A stretch of DNA of 64,000 bases from Octopus vulgaris (lineage: Eukaryota): positions 116,994,001 through 117,058,000 of the forward strand of contig OX597818.1 of the NCBI GenBank assembly GCA_951406725.2, in the 5' to 3' direction. Numbering within the stretch: position 1 is the stretch's first letter; each line of letters begins with the position of its first letter. Below, piece after piece: positions 27,949 to 41,646 of the stretch. The translations under genes were made by a program, and so were the position numbers. Under the pieces are notes generated by a model that saw nothing but the letters and a program-made list of their open reading frames with translations, was not told the origin of the DNA and ran no database searches.

Positions 27949-29253
27949 GTAAATAGTAATAATAATTATAAGCTTAAATCTTACAAGCATTCACCGTGTG
28001 CTACATCACTGAAGCACTACCATCACTGAGTTGTAAATATTATTCCTCCAACAATCTCTAGTATGCACTTGCCAAGTTTTCTTTATATCTGTTTTCTGTC
28101 ACTGCTATCATGACATGTCTGGATTTGAAATAATGGGCTTATCATCTTCATCCAACTACACAAAACGTCTGAATTTGTGCCACCGTATTTCTTGTTTGTG
28201 CAGTCGTATACCACATGTAACCCAGTGGTCGAAATCTCCCTAGTGTACCCAATATATAAAGCCCAACGTAATCTTAACCACTATAATCTTCCTGATCATT
28301 TATTAATTTTATGAATAATTTACGAACTTTTGTTAACTTAATATGGAATACGACACCAGTCTAGACTCAACCCAAGCTGAGTTTTTAACGTATGATAAGT
28401 GCCGGATTATTAAAACTTTATATATTTAAATCACTTGACATGCTTGGAGAGGCGAGCAGATAAGCGAAATAAATATTGTCTTCAATTTGACTGGGACTAA
28501 TTTTTGAAATATTCTTTCGGACTGAATCGATCTGAACAGCAATTGTAATAAAATAAAAAAAAGCACTATAATATAATTTTATCATTTGTTTGTCGGTACT
28601 ACACACCTATACCATGTAATATTAAATTAACTTGTTGAAACACGATCACAGATACGAACGGAAATGAACTTATGCATAAAAAATATTATTCACTTGTTTA
28701 ATCCACACATTGATGTATAAAGTGTTGATTTAGACAGAAAAAAAAAGGAAAATACTACCGAAAGCAATTGATAATATAACTCTCGTTTGTATATTATAAA
28801 ATGGCTTCATGGTATTATTTGGGAAATATAAAATTATATTTTCTTCTGAATATAATTGAATACCAAAAACACAAGTATTAGAAATCCATTACTGTTTTTT
28901 TCTCTCTACATCGATGCAGTTTATTTATATCACGTTATTATGTTGATAGTTGCTAAATGAAATAAATATTTGATGCATTTATATAACAAAGATGGATAGG
29001 ATTTATTCAATAATTTAGTCTTCCAATACAAAATAAACAAAAAGGCAAAAGTCATTACAATAGTTACATTCCAAGGATTTCTCAACTTATGTGGAATTGT
29101 TGAATTTCATATATATTCGAGCATAATAGTTCTTTGAAATATATTTCTATGTATTGCGAATTTAAATGTTGTTCATATCCTGAGCGAGCTGCCTATATAT
29201 AAGATCGAACTCATTCATGTTACAACCATGCACTAGTTTTTTTTTTGGGTATG

Positions 29254-29453
29254 TACTCATTTACTCTTTTACTTGCGGCCATGCTGGGGCATCACCTTTA
29301 GTCGAGCCAATCAACCGCAGGACTTATTCTTCGTAAGCCTTGTACTTATTGTATCGGTCTCTTTTACCGAACCGCTAAGTTACGGGGCGCAAACACACCA
29401 ACAAAGGTTGTCGAGTGATGGTGGGGACAAACACAGACACAAAAACATATACG

Positions 29454-29499
<46 letters not shown>

Positions 29500-29829
29500 A
29501 AAAAGGGTGGAATATAATTAATTTAATAAAATTAATCAATTTCACCTTGTAGATTTATAGGTATGGAAAAGACCAAATTTGGTAAGGGTTATAATAATTA
29601 TAATTAAGGGTTAAATGCAACAAGTTGCTCAAAACCACATACCGACAATATTAGAAATAGCAGCCATTTTTCGTTATTTTTCCTTTTTTGCCATATACAG
29701 GTTACAAATTCTGTTTGTTTGTGGAGACTTTTTATTAGTAGAGGAAATGGTGATCAATTTTGGCTGCTATTTCTAATATTGTCGGTATGTGGTTTTGAGC
29801 AACTTGTTGAATTTAACCCTTAATTATAA

Positions 29830-29876
<47 letters not shown>

Positions 29877-30044
29877 ATTATATACGACGGGCTTCTTTCA
29901 GTTTCCGTCTACCAAATCCACTCACAAGGCTTTGGTCGGCCCGAGGCTATAGTAGAAGACACCTGTCAAAAGTGCGAAGCAGTGGGACTGAACCCAGAAC
30001 TATGTCGTTGGTAAGGAAGCTACTCCTACGCCTAAGCAGCCACT

Positions 30045-30046
<2 letters not shown>
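29254..30046 (-). mobile_element. SINE family A interrupted in its TA tract by a fold-back insert
   Basis: Tail at 29254-29460 and head at 29885-30046 are separated by the insert at about 29497-29835. Confidence 0.85.
29497..29835. mobile_element. TA-inserted partial fold-back element
   Basis: 69-bp inverted arms 29598-29666 and 29761-29829 (one mismatch seen), 94-bp spacer, TA repeats on both sides. Confidence 0.75.
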
Positions 30047-30085
<39 letters not shown>

Positions 30086-30088
30086 TAA

Positions 30089-30119
<31 letters not shown>

Positions 30120-30654
30120 TATACGAATCTGCATGCGTATGAACATTAAGGCCTGCCTACAAGCTCTTTGCTATGATGACATAAGTATTACACTGTTTGT
30201 GTATCCATCTTTATTCTTGTTTGTACATGTGTTGAAATATTTAATCCCCTTCCACTGAGTTCGTACAAATGCCTTAAAATGTTGACTTTCAATTGCATTT
30301 CCATATGCGATATAATGTTTGAAATCTTAGTGTATTTGTCAATATACCTATCAGAACGTAGCATCCTTCAGTTACACAATAAATTGGAATCATGCCAGGA
30401 TCGAATAAAGTGTCATCTCTCTCTCTCTTTCGTCCAGTGATTACATTATAGCATCTACAGTAAGCGTTTCAATGGTTTTATAATGTTTCCGTTTTAAATT
30501 AAGTGACCTTCATTCACGGTCACCTGTCAATTTACCAGTGAAATTGCCAATTGGAAACCAAGTTTATTCTAAACCTCAGTTCGTGCTTGATTTACGATCA
30601 ACTATTCCACCTGCACGGATCACATTTCTTATGACATAAATGGATTTGGAATAA

Positions 30655-30865
30655 TCTTTACCTTTTATTTGTTGCTTCAGTCATATGATTTCGGCCGGCC
30701 ATGCTGGGGCAGCGCCTAGAAGGGTTTTAGTCTAATGAATCGACATCAGGACGTATTTCTTTTAAAGCCTGGTATTTATTCTATCGGTGACCTTTGCCGA
30801 AACTTTAGGTTAAAGGGACGAAAAGAAACCAACACCTGCCGTCAAGCCTTAGAGGGGGACATGCA
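30655..30865 (-). mobile_element. SINE family A, degenerate 3' half
   Basis: ttcagtcat..ggccatgctggggcagcgcc..ctttgccgaa. Confidence 0.7.
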
Positions 30866-31029
30866 CATATAGATATATATATATATTACATCACACACAC
30901 ACACACACAAAAACAAGTTGCGGTGAGTAAGTTGTCTTAATTACACAAAAATGAAAATAACAGTGACATCTCATTTTAATAGATAAAATAGATAAATTAG
31001 CCAAAATTACATAAAAATAACTTCAAATA

Positions 31030-31198
31030 TTACGGAGATGTACTTGTATAGCAAGTGACCTGATCTGAGATCGTGTGCTGGAACGAAAACAATTGCAACT
31101 GGAAGGTGTTTATAAGCCATTTAAAACACACAAAAACCGTTAGATTCATTTCAGCATTTAAATTCAATTTGCCAAAATACTTTCGTCGCTTTGAGACC
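31030..31198 (-). mobile_element. Family P3 single-arm copy
   Basis: Reverse complement of the right arm and tail of 22708-23050. Confidence 0.85.
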
Positions 31199-31850
31199 AG
31201 TTACGCACTGGGGTCGATATGATCGACTTAATACGTTTGTCTGTCCCCTCTGCGTTTATCTCCTTGTTGGTAGTAAAGAAATAGGTATTTCGTCTGCCGC
31301 TAGGGTTCTGAGTTCAAATTCGGCCTAGGTCGACTTTGCTTTTCATCCTTTCGGGGTCGTATATATAAGTACCAGTTACGGACTAGGGTCGATATAACCG
31401 ACTTAATTCGTCTGTCTGTCCTTGTTTGTCCTCTCTGTGTTTAGCCCCTTGTGGGCAATAAAGAAATAAGAAACGTTAGCACGCTGGACGAAATGCTTCG
31501 CGGTATTTCGTCTGCCGCTAGGGTTCTGAGTTCAAATTCCGCCGAGGTAGACTTTGCCTTTCATCCTTTTGGGGTCGATTAAATAAGTACCAGTTACGCA
31601 CTAGGGTCGATATAATCGACTTAATCCATTTGTCTTTCCTTGTTTGTCCTCTCTGTGTTTAGCACCTTGTGGGTAGTAAAGAAATAGGTATTTCGTCCGT
31701 CTTTTCGTACTAAGCTCAAATTCCGCCGAGGTCGACTTTGATTTTTATCTCTTCCGGGTCGATAAATTAAGTATCAGTTGCGTTCTGTGGTCAATCTAAT
31801 CGACTGGCCCACGCCCCCAAAATTTTGGGGACTTGTGCCTAGAATAGAAA
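31196..31850 (+). mobile_element. SINE family B multimer (about 4 units)
   Basis: Repeated core units ending in cttgtgcctagaatagaaa. Confidence 0.9.
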
Positions 31851-31955
31851 AGTACGGAAATAGGGTGAAGATAGAGAAGCACAGTACTCCCAACGCCCTT
31901 CTTTATATAAGTACGTATAAAGATGTGCATTCGTGCGCCTGGATTTCTGTATGTA

Positions 31956-32366
31956 CAGTAGAATCTTGCAGTACGAGTGCTCCATTGTACGAGTAATTCG
32001 TTGTACGAGCTGAGACTCGTGCCAATTTTTGTCTTGAATTACGAGCGGAAATCTGCAGTACGAGCGAGTTTCATCCAAGCACAAATCATTCCATCTTTAA
32101 TGTTATTCAGTTGATAAAACCAGTTTACATATTACTTTCGCATTCTCTGTTTTTTTTTTATAACTGCCATTTTACTTGTAACTACACCATTCCTGTTTTA
32201 AAACCCACAAAAATTATTTTTGAGTGGTTTGGGGGGGGGGGGGGGCTAGAACGGATTAATTATATTTTAATTAATTTCAATGAGAAAAATTGATTTGTAA
32301 AACGAGCAAATCATAAGACGAGCTCGGTCATGGAACAAATTAAACTCGTACTGCGAGGTTTCACTG
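31956..32366. mobile_element. pogo/Tigger-like MITE
   Basis: TA-flanked TIRs cagtagaatcttgcagtacgag and ctcgtactgcgaggtttcactg; subterminal acgag repeats. Confidence 0.85.
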
Positions 32367-33013
32367 TATTATGTAAGAAATCGACGTGTGTTATGTTGAA
32401 AATCAGAAGCTCAATCGTTACATTCACAGCTCTTTACGATGGATACCAACTGAACCAACAGCATTTCAATCAACCTGCAACTGTTCTCACAGTTAAGTTT
32501 TTACTACAATGTGTTAGGAATAAAATATATAAAACTTCTCATTTTCAGAAATAACTTTTGAAGTGTGTTAATGCATTGTGTCGCGCCACTGTCTGGATTT
32601 TAAATGTTCTATAGTTACCAATATTTCAGGAAATCAATGTAAAAATAACAAAAAACAGTTAGATTAAATGCATAATGTATACGCACGAAAGTAAAATGTA
32701 ATAAAAGCGATTTTTTTTTCAGTGTATAGAAATTGATTCCTAATGCATTTGTCACGATATAATATTTTGCTTGCAGGCAACGCAAACTTTACATGAAATA
32801 GGTTTTTAAAGTGAAACCTGATAATTCCTAAATGCTTGTAATGGAAAATATTGTATACATCAAGTGTACTTTATATCATTTAACGATAGTTACTATTTAA
32901 CTAGTATAATTTCCCATCTTCACATTTATGATTGTTCTTGAAAGACAGACATGAAGTTTAGCAAAGGAAAATGCATATTTATTAATAAAACTGAAGAGAC
33001 AAGCATAGATAGG

Positions 33014-33893
33014 TACGGTGTGCTGAGTTAAAAGTTTTATCAAATTTTCGAAGTTATTTGCTTTATTTGTCAAGTTACAACAAAAGCGGACTAGCATTCA
33101 AATAGAGGCTATCGTGTGGCACCGTCTGAATCCAACTTTCTGCCATTTCTTTGATGCCGCCCTGATACCAGTTCTTGTCTTTTGAGGCGTAAAACTTCTT
33201 TACTGACGCTGCCGCCTCTTCTTGGTTGATGAATCGTTGCAAGTTCAGGAAGTGAACCGTGGATCGGAACAAATAATAATCCGTTAGTTCCGTACTATTT
33301 ACTGGGCGTGATATCAGTTTGATTCGCTCAGTTTTCTGGGAATTATTCCGGGTAGGTCGAACGATATGTAGTCTTGCATTGTCTTACTGCCGAAGAGACC
33401 ACCTTCCGCTAACCAACGCTGAGTATTTTTGTCGCGCAATGGCATACGTCCATGAGATGTCGAGTTCCCTTGATATTCCGATTGCTACTCGCTGAATTTG
33501 CCTTTATGGCTTGAAGAATGTCCTTGAAGTCCACGGTTTTATGCCTAATCGACATTGCCTGATCATCGAGGTTCTTGCAACCCGAAGAAATTTTCTTGAA
33601 TCATCTGGTTATTGTACTGCGAATAACCTTTACCTTTCGAACAACAAATGGTTTTGGTTGCTACTGCGGCGATATGGCCCTGTTCGAACTCGTAAGTCAT
33701 AAGTTTCCGAATTAGACTGCGTTAGACGTTAATCTGGGCGGTTTTCAAATCACACATTGAATGAAGCAAGTTACAGCGTGTCAGCACATACAACCAACAC
33801 GATGCTACCAACATCATCGGTTATGTCACGTGATATACATGCTGTAAAGTAGCAGATATGTAAATATTGCAAAACTTTTGACTCACATCAATA
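33014..33893 (-). mobile_element. Decayed mariner transposon
   Basis: TIR-like gagttaaaagtttt and aaaacttttgactc; peptides DNARLHI..TDYYLFRS and KKFYASKDKNWYQGGIKEMAESW. Confidence 0.8.
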
Positions 33894-33917
33894 TAAATCC
33901 GTAAAGAGTAAAAAAAT

Positions 33918-34296
33918 CTTTTCTACTCTAGGCACAAGGTCTGACATTTTAGGGGAGGAGGCCAGTCGATTAGTACGCAACTGGTACTTAATTCATCGAC
34001 CCCGAAAAGGTAAGTCGACCTCAGCGGAAGTTGAACTCAGAACGCAGCGGCGGACGAAATACCTATTTCTTTACTACCCACAAGGGGCTAAACACAGAGG
34101 GGACAAACAAGGACAGACACACATATTAAGTCGATTATATCGATCCCAGTGTGTAACTGATACTTATTTAATCGACCTCGAAAGGATGAAAGGCTAAGTC
34201 GACCTTGGCGGAATTTGAACTCAGAACGTTACGGCAGACGAAATACAGCTACGCATTTTGCCCGGCGTGCTAACGTTTCTGCCAGCTCGCCGCCTT
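33918..34296 (-). mobile_element. SINE family B dimer
   Basis: Head, two cores and tail on the minus strand. Confidence 0.9.
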
Positions 34297-34964
34297 CCAA
34301 TGAGTAATACTAACCGCATATACATCAGTCGAGCAGTGGTAATAATATTAAATGTTCCAAATAACCTTTATATTTATTTATCCTCCCAATTCATAATATC
34401 AGTTCCTCAGTGTTATCAAGTGTTATAATTGCCACAACTGCAAACACTTGGAAAGGTGAAAGTGACAATTGCATTAATAAATTCCGTAATATATCAATTA
34501 AATATACAAATTTACTCATTTCGTTTAATTTGCTATTTCTTTGAACGTTTAAATCGTTATTTCAGGAAATTTAAACTATTTATTGTATCTAATTAATAAA
34601 GAGAATTCTATAATATCTGGTACTCTGAAAATGAAACCTAGATATTGACAATATATGCTTAAATTTGACACTAAATGTACAGGAATAATTGTGTGCTAGT
34701 GAAATTAATTATATGACTGATTATATTTATCATACGTCATCTTTATATTTCCGCTACAATTTACGTACTGTTAATTAATTATGAACTGTTACGATTAAAT
34801 ATTAATGCAAAAGAGTTTTAACACATCATAAAGACATTAGGCATACATATACGTATGAACACAATGAAAGTTTGGAAGCGTCGAATGTGGTCGGCGTTCT
34901 GCAGAAAAGAAAGTAAATTACAAACGCAGTAAAGCTGTTAGTAAAGCAGAAGACGAAACAAAAA

Positions 34965-35047
34965 TGCCATCAGGCGGCTACGGGACTCGAATCTTTACCC
35001 CTCAAGTACGGGCTGGGCGCTCTAACCATTAAGGTAAATCGTTCCCG
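34965..35047 (-). other. Degenerate tRNA-like / Pol III head
   Basis: Minus strand taccttaatggttagagcgcccagcccgtac..gattcgagtcccg has A- and B-box-like motifs; acceptor stem is not intact. Confidence 0.45.
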
Positions 35048-35204
35048 ATTGCAATTACCCTCAGTTTTAATGTTAAATTGTATCTTTGGAAAGCAATATT
35101 TTATAAAGAAATTTCGGAGAGTCGAATGTGGTTGGTATTTTGTAGGCAAGAAATTAAATTTCGAATGCAGTAAAGCTGAAAATACAACTGAGAAACAATG
35201 GGTA

Positions 35205-35585
35205 TTTACAAATTACATCGACCCGGCACTCAACTGGTACTTATTTTATCGACCCCGGAAGGTTAAAAAGCAAAGTCGACCTTGGCAGAATTTGAACACG
35301 GAATGTAAAGACGGACGAAATGCCGCAAAAGATTTTGTCCGATATGCTAACGATTCTGCCTTAGAAAATATTCTTTACTATTCTAGACACAAGGATCGAA
35401 ATATTTGGAGAGAGCGCCAGTCGATTAGATCGACTCCAGTTTGTAACTGGTATTTAATTTATCGACCCTGAAAGGATGAAAGGCAAAGTCGACCTCGGCG
35501 AAATTTGAACTCAGAACGTAAAGACAGACGAAATGCCGCTAAGCAATTCGTCCAGCGTGCTAACGATTCTGCCAGCTCATTGCCT
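35205..35585 (-). mobile_element. Two tandem SINE family B copies
   Basis: Core motif present twice on the minus strand. Confidence 0.85.
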
Positions 35586-35895
35586 TAGAAAACATTACAA
35601 TATTAACGTTTCTTTTCATGAGCTTAGATATGAAACAGATCAACAATGAATTGAAATATCGGCAAGGCTTCCTTTCCTACCCCGCCAAAAAAACAATTGG
35701 GAGGCGAAGGAGTAAGGTGTGTGGTGGGGACAAAAAAATTCAAAATTCCAATTATTGGTAATTTTCCGGAATCTCCGTATCCGAAAATGTAGGTTTTTTT
35801 TGCCCAAAATATTTAACAAAAACAATAATTTGCGCGAAAGTGGAGGGTGGACGGGCGGAAATCTTTCCGAGATATCTCTACACACATTACATGGT

Positions 35896-36278
35896 GGAAG
35901 TATTCCGTCGGTTACGACGACGAGGGTTCCGGCTGATCCGAATCAACGGAACAGCCTGCTCGTGAAATTAACATGTAAGTGGCTGAGCACTCCACAGAAA
36001 CGTATACCCTTAACGTAGTTCTCGGGGATATTCAGCGTGACACAGAGAGTGACAAGGCCGGCCCTTTGAAATACAGGTACAACAGAAAGAGGAAGTAAGA
36101 GTGAGAGAAAGTTGTGGTGAAAGAGTACAGCATGCATCACCACCATCCATGCCGGAGACTCGTGGAGCTTTTAGGTGTTTTTCGCTCAATAAACACTCAC
36201 AACGGCCGGTCTGGGAATCGAAACCGCGATCCTACGACCGCGAGTCCACTGCCCCTAACCACTGGGCCATTGCGCCTC
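35896..36278 (-). mobile_element. SINE family C, full length with 13-bp TSD
   Basis: Reverse complement of 1233-1616; TSD cacattacatggt at 35883-35895 and 36279-36291. Confidence 0.9.
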
Positions 36279-36388
36279 CACATTACATGGTAATACATCA
36301 TTATTAATTTCTACAATGGAAAGTTTGAACGCGACTACCATGTTTCGGTTTACACACACAAATACAGTTAACTAATTTATTACTGTTT

Positions 36389-36804
36389 CTTTACCCTTTA
36401 CTCTTTTATACTTGTTCCAGCCATTTGTCTGCGGCCATGCTGGAGCACCGCTTTTAGCCGAGCAAATCGACCCCAGGACTTATTGTTTGTAAGCCTAGTA
36501 CTTATTCTATGGGTCTCAATTGCCGAACCACTAAGTTACGGGAATGTGAACACACCACCATCAGTTGTCAAGCGATGTTGCGGGTAAAAACACAGATACA
36601 CAGAACACACACACACACACACATATATATATACATATATATGATGGGCTTCTTTCAGTTTCCGTCTACCAAATCCACTCAAAAGGCTTTGGTCCAACCG
36701 AGGCTATAGTAGAAGACACTTACCCATGTGCCACGCAGTGGGACTGAACCCAGAACCATGTGGTTGGTAAGCAAGCTACTTACCACACAGACACTCCTGC
36801 GCCT
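36389..36804 (-). mobile_element. SINE family A, full length
   Basis: Colinear with 12903-13368. Confidence 0.9.
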
Positions 36805-37235
36805 TTCAATATACAAGACCCAGAATTTTGTGTGCCTATCGATCAAAGATGTTGCCTTTTGTCGTTGATATCGAATCGTATTTGGAAAACTAATGAGAAC
36901 ACCTTTTTTGTGGATATACTGTTTTCGATTTTGTGTAATGAAATAGGACTGCATTGGAGATTATTTTGTTTTCTTATTTTAGTAAGATATTACGTTGTTG
37001 AAGGATTAACAATGATAATAACATATTTATGATAAGTCACCATTTGTAATAAATGAATGTTATATCGTTTATTAGATTATAACATAAACTACGTTCGGCA
37101 GATATAACGATTTTGTCATAGGAATTTCTGCCTGAATAGGAGTGATATTTTACACTAATTACTCACGAGAGTACTTTAACTTACATCATAAGATGGGTTA
37201 CAATTACTGTCTGTATATGTGTGAGCATGTCTGAC

Positions 37236-37333
<98 letters not shown>

Positions 37334-37766
37334 CGTGTGCGTGTATGTACCTTATGCAATCAACGATGTTTTGCGATTATATGCAATTACTTCCTAAATA
37401 CTAATTCGGTTATATATTTCTTACGACATCAGAAATCATTTCTCACATTAATGAACTGACACAACTGCTCATGAAGAGGGGGAATAACCGACTGGTCTAA
37501 ACTAGTCCATGATTTATTGAGAAACTTGGTAATAGCGACTCTGTCAAGGTATAACATAACGTAATAACGTAGGAGGGATAACCTATTACGATGTCATCTA
37601 ATATTTAGTGCCTTCCATACAAACTTTGAAATGGTTTAAAATCCACTCCACGTTGGACTGTCGTGACCTAAGCATAAACAAAGAGAGAATTTGTAAATAG
37701 TCGTACTGGATAAATGAAAAAGCCATCCACATAAAGTTTGTTAGAGCGGAACTGCAGCCATGATGA

Positions 37767-38188
37767 ATACCTATTTCTTTACTACCCACAAAGGGGTAAA
37801 CACAGAGGGAACAAACAAGGACAGACAAACGGATTAAGTCGATTATATCGACCCCAGTGCGTAGTTGGTACTTATTTAATCGACCCCAAAAGGATGAAAG
37901 GCAAAGTCGACCTCGGCGGAATCTGAACTCAGAACGTAGCGGCAGACGAAATACGTATTTCTTTACTACCCACAAGGGGCTAAACACAGAGGGGGCAAAT
38001 AAGGACAGACAAACGGATTAAGTCGATTATATCGAGCCCAGTGCGTAGTTGGTACTTATTTAATCGACCCCGAAAGGATGAAAGGCAAAGTCGACCTCGG
38101 CGGAATTTGAACTCAAATTGTAACGGCAGACGAAATACAGCTACGCATTTCGCCCGGTGTGCTAACGTTTCTGCCACCTCGCCGCCTT
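37767..38188 (-). mobile_element. SINE family B dimer
   Basis: Head plus two cores; imperfect TSD gccatgatgaatacc/gccataaggaatacc. Confidence 0.9.
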
Positions 38189-38267
38189 AGCCATAAGGAA
38201 TACCGTTATTATTATTTTTTTTCGGTGGCGGCTTCGTGCCTGCAATATATAACGGTTTGGCATAATG

Positions 38268-38590
38268 CGGCGATCTGGCAGAAACGTTAGCACGCCGGGC
38301 GAAATGCTTAGCGGTATTTCGTCTGCGTTACGTTGTGAGTTCAAATTTTGCCGAGGTCGACTTTGCCTTTCATCCTTTCGGGGTCGATAAATTAAGTACC
38401 AATTACGCACTGGGGTCGATGTAATCGATTTAATACATATGTCTGTCCTTGTTCGTCCCCTCTACGTTTAGTACCTTGTGGGTAATAAAGAAATAGGTAT
38501 TTCGTCTGCCATTAACGTTGTGTGTTCAAATTTTGCCGAGGTCGACTTTGCCTTTCATCCTTTCAGGGTCAATAAATTTAAGCACCAGTT
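38268..38590 (+). mobile_element. SINE family B
   Basis: Head plus 1.5 cores, head-to-head with 37767-38188. Confidence 0.9.
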
Positions 38591-38779
38591 ACAAAATGTT
38601 CTCTTCCTTTACTTCTTTTGTTTATTTTTCTACTTTTGTATCACAATGCTTCAAGTAATCTGTAACACTCTCCTTTATCTTTTTGGTGACACCATCACAA
38701 TATACGGTTTTTCGAGAGAAGGCGAAATAACTCGATTTTGGAAAAGTGGGTGTCAATACACATGATTTGGTAAAGAATG

Positions 38780-39527
38780 GTTTCAAATTTTGGCAGAATG
38801 CTAAACATTTGGAGGAGGGGATAATCGATTATATCGATCTCATTCTCCAACTGATATTTATTTTATCGAGCCCAAAATGTCGAAAGGCGTAGTGCCCCTG
38901 CGCCGAATTTAAATTCAGAAAGTGAAGACTGATGCAATTCCACATGCCTGGCGTTCTAAAGATTCTTTTCTACTCTAGGCACAAAGCCTGAAATTTTGGG
39001 GGAGGGGGCCAGTCGATTATATCGACCCCAGTATTCAACTGGTAATTAAATTTATTGATCCTGAAAGGATGAAAGGCAAAGTCCACCTCGGCGGAATTTG
39101 AACTCAGAACGTAACTACGGACGAAATACCTATTTCTTTACTACCCACAAGGGGCTAAACACAGAGAGGACAAACAAGGACAGACAAACGGACTAACTCG
39201 ATTATATCGACCCCAGTGCGTAACTGGTACTTAATTTATCGACCCCGAAAGGATGAAAGGCAAAGTCGACCTTGGCGGAATTTGAACTCAGAACGTAACG
39301 GCAGACGAAATATCGCTAAGCATTTCGTCTGGCTGCTAATGTTTCCGCCAGCTCGCCGCCTTTGGGAGACTATATAACGCCAAGATGATTTGAAATACGC
39401 CACGATTTCATCAAAGCTGAGCATAAGGAAAATTCGATGTCCCTCTCAAAACTCAGAACGTAACGGCAGACGAAATATCGCTAAGCATTTCGCCCGGCGT
39501 GGTAACGTTTCTGCTAGTTCGCCGCCT
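38780..39527 (-). mobile_element. Composite SINE family B array containing a 93-bp foreign segment
   Basis: On the minus strand: head fragment, segment matching 16222-16314, full dimer, then a degenerate monomer. Confidence 0.85.
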
Positions 39528-39999
39528 TATTAATGAAATTAATAAGAATTTGTAAATATTGAGTTGAAAAATGTTTTGAGATAGATTATTTCAAAGATGT
39601 CCGTGCTATTCAAACCCACATCCCTCGAAGTCATTACAGGTTTACTTCCGTGGAACAAACAGTCTTTCAAATTTCTCTTTCCATTTTAGAAACTTTACAC
39701 TTATTATACAAATTTGTATGTTGTTGGCATAATAGCAGTTTACAAACTTTCTGTCATGTCTACGAGTTATGCCATGGCTAGTCCCACGGGTAGTGTTCAA
39801 CCCTTTCTATCCAGAATTGTTTTTCAACCTAGTGTCTTCTGGATTCAACGTTCGAAATAAGACTTGTTTATGCATTTGAAGCATTTTTCTGACAGCAGTC
39901 AACGATGAAAATCTGGAGAAAATGTATGTAGTCAACTGTATATATATATATGAAGAACCAAAATCCAGGAAACACACACACACACACACACACACTCTT

Positions 40000-40590
40000 A
40001 AGGAATACTGGTGGAATGTCCCAGTGAAACCTCAATAAAATGTAAGCACAATTATCTGACAAAATGATTTGGGATAGAGGAGAGAAACTGTGTACAGTTC
40101 TGGAAATTAGTTGCCCAGCGAATGTTAATATAAAGCTGAAGATCAATGAAAAAGAGAATACCTACGCTGAAGTAGTGAGAAATCTGAATTTATTCTATCC
40201 AGATTACAATTTCAGGTTTATACCTGTAATTATTGGGGTACAGGGATATGTAACACACTGCCTAAATACAAATCTTGAGAAGTTCAACTTCTCAAAGCCA
40301 GAAACAAAAAACCTGATTCGACGACTATAGATACAAGCCATCACAGGAACAGTGAGAATCTGTAAAACTTTTCGGAAGTTTATCATTTAAATATATATGA
40401 GCATGTCTAGACATGTAAACATATGCATGGGAATACATAAATAAAACAGAACATACAAATCTGCACATATACATAGATATATACATACGAAAATAGCCTG
40501 TTTTTGATGTGGAAATTCCAGTGAAGGAGCCTTGGATCTAGATTAGGAACCGGTTCTTTCTCTGTTGGTAAGAAATATAGAAATAAAACG
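40000..40590 (+). pseudogene. 5'-truncated RLE-type (R4/Dong-like) LINE 3' end
   Basis: EYWWNVPVK..IWDRGEKLCTVLEISCP..KINEKENTY..FIPVIIGVQG..IQAITGTVRICKTF is a PD-(D/E)xK restriction-like endonuclease C-terminus. Confidence 0.8.
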
Positions 40591-40652
40591 GAATGACATA
40601 CATTCATACACAGAAACATACATATATACATATATATATATGTATATATGTA

Positions 40653-40709
<57 letters not shown>

Positions 40710-40734
40710 ATGTGTGTGTGTGAGTGTGTGTGTG

Positions 40735-40765
<31 letters not shown>

Positions 40766-40838
40766 GTGTGTATATATATATATATGTATGTATATGCATA
40801 TATATGTACGTATTTATATCTGTATATGTATATATGTG

Positions 40839-40873
<35 letters not shown>

Positions 40874-40896
40874 ATGTGTATATATGTATATATATA

Positions 40897-40951
<55 letters not shown>

Positions 40952-41646
40952 GTATGTACGTATGTATGTATGTATGTATATATTTTAAGTATAGAAGTTC
41001 TTTTCCTTTTCCCGTCCATTCGACTACTTTCTCTTAATATCTTTTTGACTTGTAATCCAAGTGATTGTCATTTTTTTAAAATTCTTTTCCTTAAGTGAAA
41101 TCATACTACATTCGATAGACCATGGGTAAATATGAGTTTCTTCACTTCAAATCGGATTGCAACGAAATGCAAAGAATCCTTATATGCATTATATGCTTTT
41201 CGGATTCTATCACACTTCTTTTTTTAGTTATATTGAAAGGAGTGGTGGTTGTGCGATATCACGTTGTTATACTTAGCTTTACAGATGCATGTGCCGTGAG
41301 ATGTTATAAATTGTACAACACAACTAATATGTTGTCTATGTAATAGCTATGCGTCTGTTTACTTGTGTTTGTTCTCTTACCTAGAAGTTCAGATACAAAC
41401 CTGTACTTGTGGACGTTTCTATACGTCATCTATACGTCATCACACATTCTTGAAATTTTTACAAGCGCTTGACCGAAATGTTTGTATCAATATAATATCT
41501 TCGCTGTTAGGTTGTTACACTCTATGCAAACAAAAATGTCATATCGCTAGTTTGTAGTGTCGTTTGATAGATAACGTAACGACATCAATCGATGTTGCTA
41601 AAAATATCAACCAAATCTTCGTTCACTAACAACATTTCACTGACTA

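Noticed and set aside
28040-28230. Possible further R4/Dong relic (FQIQTCH-like peptide on minus strand)
   Set aside because: Too degenerate to call by eye
37598-38410. Recurrent ORFs of the FKFRRGRLCLSSFRGR / RNWYLIYRPRKDERQ type
   Set aside because: Translations of SINE B, not a gene family
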